63,665 bases of DNA, filler included, from Octopus bimaculoides (GCF_001194135.2; 4 parts of 3 records of this genome joined end to end with filler, not necessarily neighbours in it), one strand, 5' to 3'. Numbered from the whole stretch's first letter, positions 11,882 to 22,248 are shown. Translations and numbers: made by a program. The notes: a model not told the origin generated them from the sequence alone.

Positions 11882-11893
11882 AGCTATTTCAGC
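11882..11893 (+). other. Non-canonical primer-binding site AGCTATTTCAGC
   Basis: Directly abuts the 5' LTR; no TGG; 11/12 complementary to tRNA-Phe nt 1-12 (GCCGAAAUAGCU). The PBS role is inferred from position. Confidence 0.6.
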
Positions 11894-11913
11894 GCTCCAC
11901 ATAAGACGTCACC

Positions 11914-12676
11914 ATGATGGCAGCTAAAATTAGGATCACCAGCGACGTTATCAGGCCCTTTAATGGTGAGGACGATGTAGTGGCCTAGATGCATAAAATC
12001 AGGCTTGTGGCGAGATTGCAAGGCATTAGCGACGTAGCGAGCCTTATGGCACTTTATTTGGAAGGGAGCACATTGACTTTATATCTTGAGATGGATGAAG
12101 AAGAACAACTGAGCGAGGAAAAGATTGAGCAACATCTGAAACAGACTTACACCGCATGTGAGTATACAGCCTTTGTTAAGCTGGGAATGATTAGATGGAT
12201 GGGGAGAGCAGGTAGATGAATACAAGGCAGAGGTGTGTAGGCTGGCCATGCTGGATGGGTTTACGGGAGAAGGCCTGGACAGAGCAGCAATACTGGCATT
12301 CATGAGTGGGTTCCCTGACGATGTAAGGATTCGATTGCAGCAATTGCCCAGGGACAAAAAGATGGCACTGAGCGAACTTGTAGCTCAAGCTCGTGTGTTG
12401 ACGTGAAACACTGGATGGAAAGTGATAGCGATGGTGGTAACGGAGGCGCATAATGACGGACAACGGCCGGAGAAAGATGCGAAGAAGCCTACCATGCAAC
12501 GACAGTGGCCGTTCTCAGGCCAGTGTTTTAAATGTCAGGGGTCATAAATGGCGAGGTAGTGTATGCAACCAGGGCCCATCTGCTATCGATGCAGGAAGTC
12601 AGGGCACATCACCCATGATTGCGACCAGGGAAACGACCATGGGGAAGTTGCTGCCTCTTTCCCCACAAACAAGTAG
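11914..12676 (+). pseudogene. gag: Gypsy A gag (stops and frameshifts) with CCHC zinc knuckles
   Basis: MMAAKIRITSDVIRPFNGEDDVVA*...LYLEG...LYLEM; intact knuckle CYRCRKSGHITHDC; stop TAG at 12674-12676; homologous to the ORF at 20229-20933. Confidence 0.9.
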
Positions 12677-14962
12677 AGGTGCTTGTGGAGACACTGCTTG
12701 TAACTGATGTCGAGGCTGAGGGGAAGACGTTGAAGGCCCTCATGGATACGGGTTGCACAACCACCCTTGTGACTCCAAGGGTGACAAAGAAATGGTATGA
12801 GGCAAGTAGCGTCCAGGTGGTCAACGGCAGCGAAATCCTTATCCCATGAAAGGAGGAGATGGTGCAGCCAACAAAGGGAAAAGTCAGACCGGTGCTGGAC
12901 TTTAGAGAACTGAACGACCATATATCGTGCCACACGGGAGGCAAGGTGACAGACGTTTGCGGTGAGACATTACGTATGTGGAGACAGTCGATCAAGGCAG
13001 CGACAACTGCCGACTTGAAGTTGGCATATTTGCAGCTCCATGTGAGTGACAATCTGTGGCGCTATCAGCTGGTGCGGTACAAGGGCCAGACATACTGTTT
13101 AACCAGGCTGGGTTTCAGACTGAATTCCGCTCCAAAGATCATGGTGACGGTGCTCAAGTCCATCCTAGGGAAAGAGGACAAGATAAGAAAGGCCACCAGT
13201 TCCTACATAAACAACATTTTGGTGGACGAGACTAGTGCCAGCCACCAAGGTAGTGAGACATCTGGAGAAGTTTGGGCTGATTGTGCAGCTACCTGTGTCA
13301 ATGGCGTGGGGAGCTGCACTGGGGCTGAAGCTACGAAGAGATAGATCAGGTGAGTTGGTGTTCCAAAGAGGAAATGAAATCCCAGAGCTGAGTTCCAGCG
13401 TCAGCAGGAGAGAGCTGTTCTCAGTGTGTGGGAAGTTGGTTGGTCACTACCCAATCACTGGATGGCTGCGCACAGCATGCAGTTACACCAAGAGATGAGC
13501 GGACGGGGAGAGTTGGGGACGACAAGGTAGTAGGGGGTGGTGGCGATGATGTGGGAAATCCTAGAGAGGACAAGAGCGGAAGACCCGGTCAGGGGGAAAT
13601 GGTATTTGCCCAAGACAGAATGCAGGACCATTTGGTGTGATGCTAGCAGTACAGTGATAGGGGTTGTGTTGGAGATCGAAGGTGTTGAGGTGGAGGATGC
13701 AGCCTGGCTACAGAAAGCAGACAACTTTAACCACATCAATGTCGCCGAATTAGACGCGGTGTTGAAGGGGTTGAACTTGACCCAGAAATGGGGGCTGTGC
13801 TCAATTGAAATCTGGACGGATTTGGCCACCATGCTCGGCTGGGTAGGATCGGTGATCACCAGTGAGGGGAGAGTTCGGATGAAAGGTGCTACAGAGATGT
13901 TGGTGAAGTACCACCTAGGAGTTCTACTAGAGCTGATTGCTGAGTTTGGACTGAAGCTGAACCTGGTTTCCATGCCTTCAGAGAGAAACAGGGCAGATGC
14001 ATTGACCAGGGTGAAAAGGGTGTGGTTGGAGGAGCCAAAGGAGGCAAAGAAAGGGATAGCTGTGGCATGTCGGTTGGATGACTCCGAACTGAAGAGACTA
14101 CATCCTATGCATCATTTGTGGGTGGAAAGGACCCTGTATCTTGCAAAGATGTTTGATGCAGACGTCACTAGGAGAAGCATCCAGAAAGTGGTCGGGAGCT
14201 GTGGCAGGTGCCAGTCCATTGACCCTGCTCCATGTGGGCATGAACAAGGAAACCTTTCAGTAGAACACAACTAGAAGAGACTAGCTGTGGATGTGATGCA
14301 CTACCGTCAGGGAATATATCTCTCCATGGTCAACTGCGGGCCGGATAGCCATTTGGAGGGAGATGAGGACAGGCATTGTTGATAAGATTGTGCAGATTTT
14401 GAACGGGATATTTTTAGAGAGGGGTCCCGTGGAAGAACTGCTAATGAACAACAGGGTGGCATTTCATTTGGAAGTGTTGAGGGATATGCTCAACTGGTGG
14501 AAAGTGCGTCACTTGTTCAGAGCGGTGTATAGGCTGAGTGGTAACGGAATCGTAGAGAGGCACCATCAGACAATCAAGGCCATGGTGGAAAGAGGGCACA
14601 TTTCACCACTGGAAGCACTTTTCTGGTATAACATGTCTCTCCAATCCAGACAAGCTGAAGAATCTGTGCCACACAGAGCAGTATTTAAATATGAATGGAG
14701 GCATCCCAGTAAAGCACCGGAGTGCCACAAGGAAGAGAAGGAACCTGCCTGCATGAAAATAGGGGAGGAAGTTTGGGTTAAGCCAATGAAGGCACGCTGT
14801 ATGTCTCAGTGGAGCAGAGGAACGGTGATGGCAGTCAGTTCCAGAAACGTCTCCATGGATGGAATGCTGCATCACGTTTTGGACCTTTGCAGGATTATCG
14901 CTTCGTCAGATGACAATTGTGGAGGGGAGGAGAAAGAAGTGCTTAGCTTGAGGAGATCTTGA
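12619..14962 (+). pseudogene. pol: Gypsy A pol: protease, RT, RNase H, integrase (fragmented)
   Basis: PR ALMDTG; RT KVRPVLDFRELN, AYLQL, LTRLGF, and YINNI (decayed YxDD); RH WCDAS, AELDAV, NRADALTR; IN HHCC (HPMHH..CGRC), LAVDV, LMNN (decayed D), NGIVERHHQTIK, VWVKP. Confidence 0.92.
12628..12682 (+). promoter_or_regulatory. -1 ribosomal frameshift signal: G GGA AAC slippery heptamer plus H-type pseudoknot
   Basis: The heptamer is in gag frame and pol is in the -1 frame; 5-nt spacer; stem 1 TGGGGAA (12640-12646) / TTCCCCA (12659-12665); stem 2 GCCTCT (12653-12658) / AGAGGT (12675-12680). Confidence 0.7.
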
Positions 14963-15003
14963 TGCGTAAGGCGCCTGCCTGGTTGGATGGTGGACTTCAA
15001 CGT

Positions 15004-15017
15004 GGAGTAGGGGGAGA
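15004..15017 (+). other. Polypurine tract GGAGTAGGGGGAGA
   Basis: Immediately upstream of the 3' LTR. Confidence 0.85.
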
Positions 15018-15281
15018 TGTGGGATGACGTCAGTGGCTGGGGAACTGACCAGAAGAGGAAGGGCACACAGGTGATGCACGCACAGGCAGAGGAAGATTGC
15101 ACCCTTTTTCAGGGAAGCCGTGAGTGCAAGACGTGTCAGTGCTTTGTTGAGGTGAGGGAAAGCAGCTGCTATTTTTAGCATTTCAGGACAGACTACATGG
15201 AAGGATACGTTACTACCCGACAGGTTTGCACCAACGAAGAGAAGGTAGGTGTCTTACTTCCAATCTCCTGCATTCACTACA
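15018..15281 (+). repeat. Gypsy A 3' LTR (264 bp)
   Basis: TGTGGGATGA...CATTCACTACA followed by the TSD ATTGG. Confidence 0.95.
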
Positions 15282-16288
15282 ATTGGTAAACCTCTTTCTT
15301 CCTACTTCTGCCCTTGTTAGATAAACCTATCACCTAGCTTTCCTCTTGACCACTTGATATTGCTCTTTGCTGCCTCCATTTCTTCAGTCTTTTCAACCCT
15401 ATCTCTTATTTCACATTCTCTTGATTTATCAGTTTATTGCAACAAATACTGGATCTCTCACTCTCTGCCATACATTCATATTGGAGGGGTAAAATTCTAT
15501 ATTATTTGGGTATACTATTTGGAGATAAGCATTTATATCGTTTATCTGTCCTTTCCAGTTTATACTTGTCAAAATATTCAGTGGACTACCCATGCAACAT
15601 TATCACAATGCTTTGTATCTGTGTTGAGGTAAGTGGCAGCATTCACATAGCAAATGTGCACACTTCTCTGTTTTGGAAAGAGTCAGTTATTTTGTTTTTA
15701 TGGAATTCAATATAGTTTTTTTTTTGTTTTTATGAACCTGTTCTTGCTCCCTAAATTTTTAGTAACAACCCAATTTTTAGTAACAACCAAGATTTATCCA
15801 TGCTTACATACTCATTCATCTCTCTGAAAAAGATGGCCATAGGTCAAAACAGCCTGGTAGCCTCTATGGGGTAACTTGACCTTCTAGAAATAGTAGCAGA
15901 ATTCTTCTCAAATCATGCTTTACTATCTTAAGCAAGGAAAGAACATGTAGCGAATAAAAAGATTGTGTGTAGAGATAACAACAATGATGAATTATATTAA
16001 ATTTTTCCCTTCATTTCTTACATTCAAATATAGACTTGCTAAAACAAATCAATGGTGATAACACTATACACAATTTGAGAATATATGTAAAATTGGACAG
16101 AGTTCAAACATAATAAATGTAACAGATCTTAATTCACAACAACAATCAAAGCAAATTTACATAAATGTTTTTGTGAGACTCAGTGTAGTTGTTTTCATGT
16201 TTTACAGTCAACTGGATAATGTGTGTAGAAAAAGATGTTCAAACAGACTTTTTTGTTTCTTTGTAAAGCCAATTAAATAATATGCTGT

Positions 16289-16296
16289 ATAAATGT

Positions 16297-16358
<62 letters not shown>
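16289..16358. repeat. (GT)n microsatellite
   Basis: Directly visible. Confidence 0.95.
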
Positions 16359-16361
<3 letters not shown>

Positions 16362-18324
16362 CATGCACGCACGCGCGAGTGTGTGTGTTTAAATGTCTTG
16401 CAAAATCAGTCATATGATATGTTGTAGAATTGTACTGTTTCCTTTTTATTGTTCCACATGTGCCTGCAGATCATAACACCGAAGCAGAAGAGAGAAAAGT
16501 TAACATTACTATTTATCAAAGTGGTCCCAATAGATATCACCAAAAATTTCACTTGAGATAGTTGAAAGAAAATTTATTCTGTTCCATGTTCTCAAATGTG
16601 CTTACTTTATTGTTTCTTTTGGGAAGACAAAAAGAACTGGGAACTTCAGCTGCTAACTTATCTGATGCTCAGTGAATGAAACAAAAGAAAACAGTCCGCA
16701 GCAAACAGTTTGATTTTTAAAGGATTTTTAGCCCACTAATTTAATATTATGTTCGGTCATTCTTCGATTGCTATTAGAATCAATCCAGTGAGGAACAACA
16801 ACAACTCGTGTGAAATTGTGAAGACTTCATGTACCTGAGAAATTTATTCTGATACATGATGAGAGCATTTACACAGCATGTACATTATCATTCAATAGAA
16901 CAGAAGGGAATTTGAATAAGGGAATGTTTTCATCTTGCAATATTCCATGATTAGTGAAGGGGATTGAAGAAGATTCAATCACCAAAAGGTTGACTCATAG
17001 CTGGAATAGAGATGGAGAACACCATAGCTAGTTGCAGGCAATGTGCAAGAGAAAGAGAGTGTGACCTGTCCATGCAGGTCTTTTTATAACTAGGTAACAA
17101 GTACCATCTCGTTGCTAGCAATGTGACAGGGGAGATAATTATAGCTGACTGCCTTTGAAACCTGATGTCACTGATTCAAATAAGGTTGCCTACAGATTTC
17201 TCTTTAAACAATTAAAAGGTGGCTCACAGTTTACTTGTTTCTGATTAGTAGAAAATTAACATATAACAAAATAGTGAATCTGTCCATAGCCAAATGGATT
17301 TATTACAGACACATTCCATAACATAGTCCTACATAGCCTTAGAAAGACTAACTGATCACAGCTAGAATGCCTTTCCTCAATCAAGGTTGACATAGAGCTA
17401 AACAGCATTAGCTGTCCATATATTTTTCTTTTCTAAATCTCTGTATTTGTTTTCAAGATATATTTTCTTAAATTTCCCTGCTGCCATATTCTTCAACCTT
17501 AAATCTATTCAAGCTTTCCTAATATTTTCCTACAGCACTCTTACACTATTCTTTACATAACATACTACATTATTTTCCGTAAGACGTGTACATTCTTCAC
17601 AATAAATTAATCCCTTCCCATTTTATTATTTTTTTTTACAGAATTTATAGACCCAATAGACACCACTTTGAGGATTTTTGAGTTTTATCTAAACTAACAT
17701 TCTCTTCTTTATTCCATCTTAGCAATCCTCAAGTTTACTTCAAAAGAGATGTAGCCTATGCAATGATGAAAAGTGACTGTTTGTCATTTAGAATTAAGCA
17801 CCAAAAGTAAAAGAGTCATGCTTTTATCCTGGAAGATTTTTATACTCTATCATAAGATAATTTTGTTTTCCATTTATTTACACTCTTTGCAATAACTTTC
17901 TTTATTCTCTTTTATTTCTATTATCTCTGAACATTTTATTATCCTAAAATGAGGGTTTATGTCATAAGATGTCATGATTCAGGCCATTGTGAGGTATGTA
18001 TATTTCTTGAATTTGTGGAGCAAAAATTTATCAGAAATTGGTCGTTTGCATCTTTACTCTTACTTAAGAATGTTTTCTACTCTACTGGTAACATAACCTG
18101 GCTGTCAACTATCATTTGTATAGTATCTGTCAATTGTCTACTACATTGCCTTTGGATTGTTCAAGCATACACAGTCTATTCTACTAAATGTTCTCTACCA
18201 TATTGATAGCATTCAATTATTTGTGGCAGCCAGTCAGTTTTTAAGACCAATACATTTGTAATCTTCAGTACTATGAACTTTCGAGTGAGGGATTTTACTT
18301 CAGCATATTTTCATCTGCTCTTCT

Positions 18325-20174
18325 TGTGGTATTAAACTGAAGCTATGGTGAAGGCGGAAGTGGGAGAGTGGATAGGCCCTGTCAGGAGTTCCTGAGGATG
18401 GAAGTGCTGAAGAAAGCACACACAGCAGAGACAGGAAGACGGAAGAGTGCAGCCAGACAGTGTAGCGTGGCGCCAAATTCATAACAGCCTGCAATATGAT
18501 GTAATGTCGTATTGCTGAGGAAATATGATTGTCGTTTTCCCATTGGTTGAAATAACTGCTCATATTTGAATTCTGAGAATTAGTAAAAGAATATTTTTAT
18601 GAAATTTCTATTCTTGAAAGTCAAATTGAGCAGTTATAATAACCCTGGATTTTGGGGAAAACTTGAGTGCCTGTGCTTGTCTAAATTAATCTACGTCTCT
18701 CAAGTCCAGAGTGATGGTTGTTACCATGAAAAAAACTTTGTAAAAGTCCGACACCTATTTTGGTTGTTGTGTTTCATTAGTTAAGCTAAAAAAATTAGCT
18801 AGGAAAATAATATATGTAATAACGTATATAAATAAAATATATAAAATGATATTTCATCTTTCTTCAATTCTTCCCAACCTGTTTAACATATTTAATTCTG
18901 CTTAATAATCTGTAACGTCTTTTTTTTTTCCAACATGCAGCCCGACATTCCCATGGACGTTTGCAAAATGGTGACCCAGCGCCAGCTTTATGACCAACTG
19001 CTCTTTCTCCTTTTCACTAGTTATTTCATCCTTTATCGTCTATTTTGTCTTACACAAAATGACTGGTGGGGGGCTTTGTATCGTACTTCTCTCTCTCTCT
19101 GTTATATATACATAAATGTGGACGTAGTGGATAACAGCTAGCCTTCGGCTGCACTTTTGGACCCTGTTGTGTCCATCACTCTGATTGGCTGGTATTGGTG
19201 CATTTTTATCTCCTGTTCTATTCTGCACCAAGATGCAACTCAACCAATCACAGCCTTCAGATAACCCCAGTTTGAGCCAACAGGATATTATAAATAGCTA
19301 GCTTTTCACTGTCACAGTTTTATCAGCCTTCTCAGCTCCAGACCTTCTGAGGTCTAGCCGCTGACCACAGAGCACACAGCCAGTTCCAGCAATGACAACA
19401 GCAGCCTCATGGAGAACACCAACACTTTGTCCAGCATTCAGGACCTCCATCTACGTCGCCTCCAGCTTCTTGATGTCTCACCAACAGCACCCACACAAGT
19501 TCTATCACCTCACTGTTTGTGAATTACTTCACCATGGTTAACAGTGAATACAACCTGCGAGACTTCCTGTCTCAAGTAACCAGCCGCAGCATTAAAACCT
19601 CAACTTCTCATGACATGTGCCTTCTTCCCAGCTCTGCATTACTGCCACAACTTCTTGATACAGCACCTCAACCACTGTGTACCTTGAATACGAACTGGTA
19701 TTTACCATCCTTGTATCTGGACTTTCTTCTAACATCCTTCTAGTCTCTTTTCTATGCTCTGTATTTCTCGCACACACATACACACGTTTGTATACACATA
19801 CATCCAGTTTATATGATGGCCGGTCTATTATTGTGTTTATTATGTCACATTCACACACACAGACACACATGTTGACATATCAATAAAACCTTCTCTTAAA
19901 CAATCTACCAGTTGTGTCTCTTTCCTTTTGGCACTTATACTCATTTATCCTCTTTTCATATTTTTTATTTGTATCGCCCGTGCGATGTGCTAAAGGAGCC
20001 ATTCCTCGTCACCATCTCCTGATTGCATGGTCCTTACAACAGCATAAAGTCAAGATGTCCATGTATGACCAAGGGAAGGCAATGACCATGTGGGTGGTGA
20101 GAGAACATTCCCTCCAAATCAACAGGTAAGAAAGCCTCAGTTCTCCTTTTTCCTAATTTCCCTTTCATACCACA
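18325..20174 (+). repeat. Gypsy B 5' LTR (~268 bp: 18325-18460 plus 20043-20174), split by LTR-C copy 2
   Basis: Perfect 8-bp terminal inverted repeat TGTGGTAT...ATACCACA; length after excision is similar to the Gypsy A LTRs; followed by a PBS-like site and gag. Confidence 0.75.
18461..20038 (+). mobile_element. LTR-C copy 2 (diverged subfamily), 1578 bp, TG..CA, 4-bp TSD ACAG
   Basis: TGTAGCG...GGTCCTTACA; ACAG at 18457-18460 and 20039-20042; the U5-like region resembles copy 1 (TATATGATGGCCGGTCT..., CATTCCTCGTCACCAT); has CCAAT boxes, TATAAATAG and AATAAA. Confidence 0.75.
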
Positions 20175-20186
20175 AACTATTTCAGC
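20175..20186 (+). other. Gypsy B non-canonical PBS AACTATTTCAGC
   Basis: Abuts the LTR end; 11/12 identical to the Gypsy A site although the flanking sequence is unrelated. Confidence 0.6.
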
Positions 20187-20228
20187 TCATTGCGTAGTGT
20201 CAAAAAAATAATTTGTCCATGGTAAAAT

Positions 20229-20933
20229 ATGGTATCGAAAATTAGACTCGGCAATGACATGTTGAGACCATTCTCTGGCCAAGGTGATGTGGTGGCTTGG
20301 ATAAAGAAGGTGAAGCTGGTAGCAAAATTACAGGGGATACAGGACATAGCCAGCCTCCTACCATTGTATTTAGAAGGTAGCGCGCTGAGCCTGTATCTAG
20401 AGATGTCAGAAAACAATCAGCAAAAGATCAAAAAGATCAAGGAATGGCTGAAAGTTGCTTACATGGAGGGAGCCTTTAAGGTGTGTAGTAAGCTTGGCAG
20501 TGTGAGGTGGACCAGAGAACAGGTCGACGATTACACGAGTGAGATTAGGAGATTGGTGGCTTTAGCAGGGATTTCCAGCGAGGCAATAGAGAGTGTTGTG
20601 AGGCTGGCCTTTGTGACTGGATTTCCCAATCACATCTCAATAAGTTTGCAGCAGCTACCGGGTATCCACTCCATGCCGGTGAGCGAGTTGATAGAGCTAA
20701 CTCATGTCATGACTCAGAACAACACACGTGATGTAGTTTGTACAATGACAGAGATGAAAACGATGAAGAGGCGAATAGAAACTAACTGGAAGAAGAATGA
20801 GGTGAGGGAAGCTGGGCGAATGATGAAGGGACCATGTTTCAGGTGTCAGGGTCCTCATACAGACAGAGACTGCACTGTGCTGAAACCAGAAGTGGTGTGC
20901 TACCGGTGTGACCAGCCTGAGTACATTGTATAG
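20229..20933 (+). CDS. gag: Gypsy B gag ORF, 234 aa, open but 3'-truncated in the second zinc knuckle
   Basis: RPFSGQGDVVAWIKKVKLVAKLQGI..LLPLYLEG.AL.LYLEM; CFRCQGPH...C and CYRCDQP; no pol or 3' LTR follows. Confidence 0.85.
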   Translation: MVSKIRLGNDMLRPFSGQGDVVAWIKKVKLVAKLQGIQDIASLLPLYLEGSALSLYLEMSENNQQKIKKIKEWLKVAYMEGAFKVCSKLGSVRWTREQVDDYTSEIRRLVALAGISSEAIESVVRLAFVTGFPNHISISLQQLPGIHSMPVSELIELTHVMTQNNTRDVVCTMTEMKTMKRRIETNWKKNEVREAGRMMKGPCFRCQGPHTDRDCTVLKPEVVCYRCDQPEYIV

Positions 20934-21790
20934 ATGTGTTTAGAACATCTCATAAGCGGATTTTCCTAACAATCGTTATGTGCTACACCCCAACAAATGA
21001 TGCTGATGAATTAGCAAAAGTTGAATTTTATGATACTCTGCAGAGCGTAATTGAAAAACGGACTGAGAAAGAATTGATAATGGTTATGGGTAATTTCAAC
21101 GCAAAAGTCAGAAACATTAATTTAGGATATGAAGCCATTATGGGAAAACATGGTTTAGGAAGCATGAATGCAAATGGCCAGTTATTTGCCAATTTTTGCG
21201 CAAATAACAAGTTGGTAATTGGAGGAACTTTATTTCCACACAAAGACTTTCACAAAGCTACATGGATATCGCCAGATCTGAAAACGCAAAATCAGATCGA
21301 TCACATCTGTGTAAGCTGCAAGTTCAGGAGATCACTGTTAGATGTTAGGGTAAAAAGAGGGACTGACGCAGCCTCCAACCACCACCTACTATTTGGCAAA
21401 CTACAACTGAAGTTAAGGGCTTAAAAAAGAGGAATGTAAGGTTCAACGAAAATACAATGTTGATTTACTAAAACACAAAGACACCCAAATAAAATACAGA
21501 AAAGCATTATCATGCAAATCAATGCAAGTAAAAATGATGCAAGGCAACACAATTGAACATACTTGGTTGAAAATTAAGGATGCTTTTATTTCATTATTAG
21601 AAGAATGTATAGGGTGTGTAAACAAAAAGAATAAGGCATTGATATCAGAAGAGACACTAACAGCCATAGAAGTAAGTAAGAAGCTAAAGGAAAAATTACT
21701 ATCGGCAAGCTTAGAAGTAGAGATAAATAGATGTCAGGGAAATTACAACCAACAAAATAAGAAAGTTTAAAAACTCCGCGTTGGAGGGTT
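20934..21790 (+). pseudogene. RTE-clade LINE fragment: AP endonuclease C-terminal half plus linker
   Basis: CYTPT...FYDTLQ...MGNFNAKV...GKHGLG..NANG...TLFPHK..HKATW.SPD..T.NQIDHI...SNHHLL; no RT follows. Confidence 0.88.
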
Positions 21791-21816
21791 AAAGGCAAGA
21801 AAGAAAGAACTATATA

Positions 21817-22248
21817 TAGGCACAGGCGTGATTGTTTGATAAGAATTGTGCTTCCCAACCACATGGTTCCAGGTTCATCCCACTGCGTAGCACCTTGGAC
21901 AAATGTCTTCTATTATAGCCTCAGGCTGACTGAAGCCTTGTGAATGTATTTAGTAGATGGAAACTAAAAGAAGCCCATTGTATGTGTGTGTGTGTGTGTG
22001 TGTGTGTGAGTGTGTATGTTTATATCTACGTGTGTGCTTTTATGTATGTGTTTATCCACCACCACCACTTGACAACTGTGTCAGTGTGTTTACACCCTCA
22101 TAACTTAGTGGTTCAGCAAAAGATACCAATAGAATAAGTACTAGACAAACAAAATAAATACTAAGGTTGATTTGTTCAAGTAAAACCTTCAAGGAATTGC
22201 CCCATCATGGCCACAGTCATATGACTGAAACAAGTAAAAGATAAAAGA
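21817..22248 (+). mobile_element. SINE family 2 (tRNA-like head, CCTTGG.CAA core, internal (TG)n, GACTGAAACAAGTAAAAG tail)
   Basis: Homologous to the copies at 31057-31544, 43983-44335 and 54976-55048; visibly CpG-decayed. Confidence 0.85.

Larger units (their letters stand above)
11596..15281 (+). mobile_element. Gypsy A: Ty3/gypsy LTR retrotransposon, 3686 bp, both LTRs present, non-functional
   Basis: TG..CA LTRs, ATTGG TSD at 11591-11595 and 15282-15286, PPT before the 3' LTR, domain order gag-PR-RT-RH-IN. Confidence 0.95.
11110..15380 (-). pseudogene. RTE-clade LINE fragment (linker and RT N-terminus), split by Gypsy A; LINE parts ~11110-11595 and ~15287-15380
   Basis: Minus strand: EQYQVVKRKAR...FTNVLQHEDQRLEVF...MWKCYCENLLNVEN...AIKDMKKGK...YKGKGDALDRSNFRGIKSLDQFIKVMEKVI; contiguous once the Gypsy element and one TSD copy are removed. 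Confidence 0.8.

Noticed and set aside
11596-11893. Tf1-type self-priming for Gypsy A
   Set aside because: No sequence complementary to the PBS (GCTGAAATAGCT or GCCGAAATAGCT) was found in LTR A; the internal GCTATTTTTAGCG is same-sense.
15282-15290. ATTGGT after the 3' LTR, resembling a TGG-type PBS of another tandem element
   Set aside because: ATTGG is the TSD and the sequence continues as the interrupted RTE LINE.
18270-18305. Other hammerhead-like traces (minus strand here; also ~4335 and ~55800)
   Set aside because: Core or stems too degenerate to fold convincingly.
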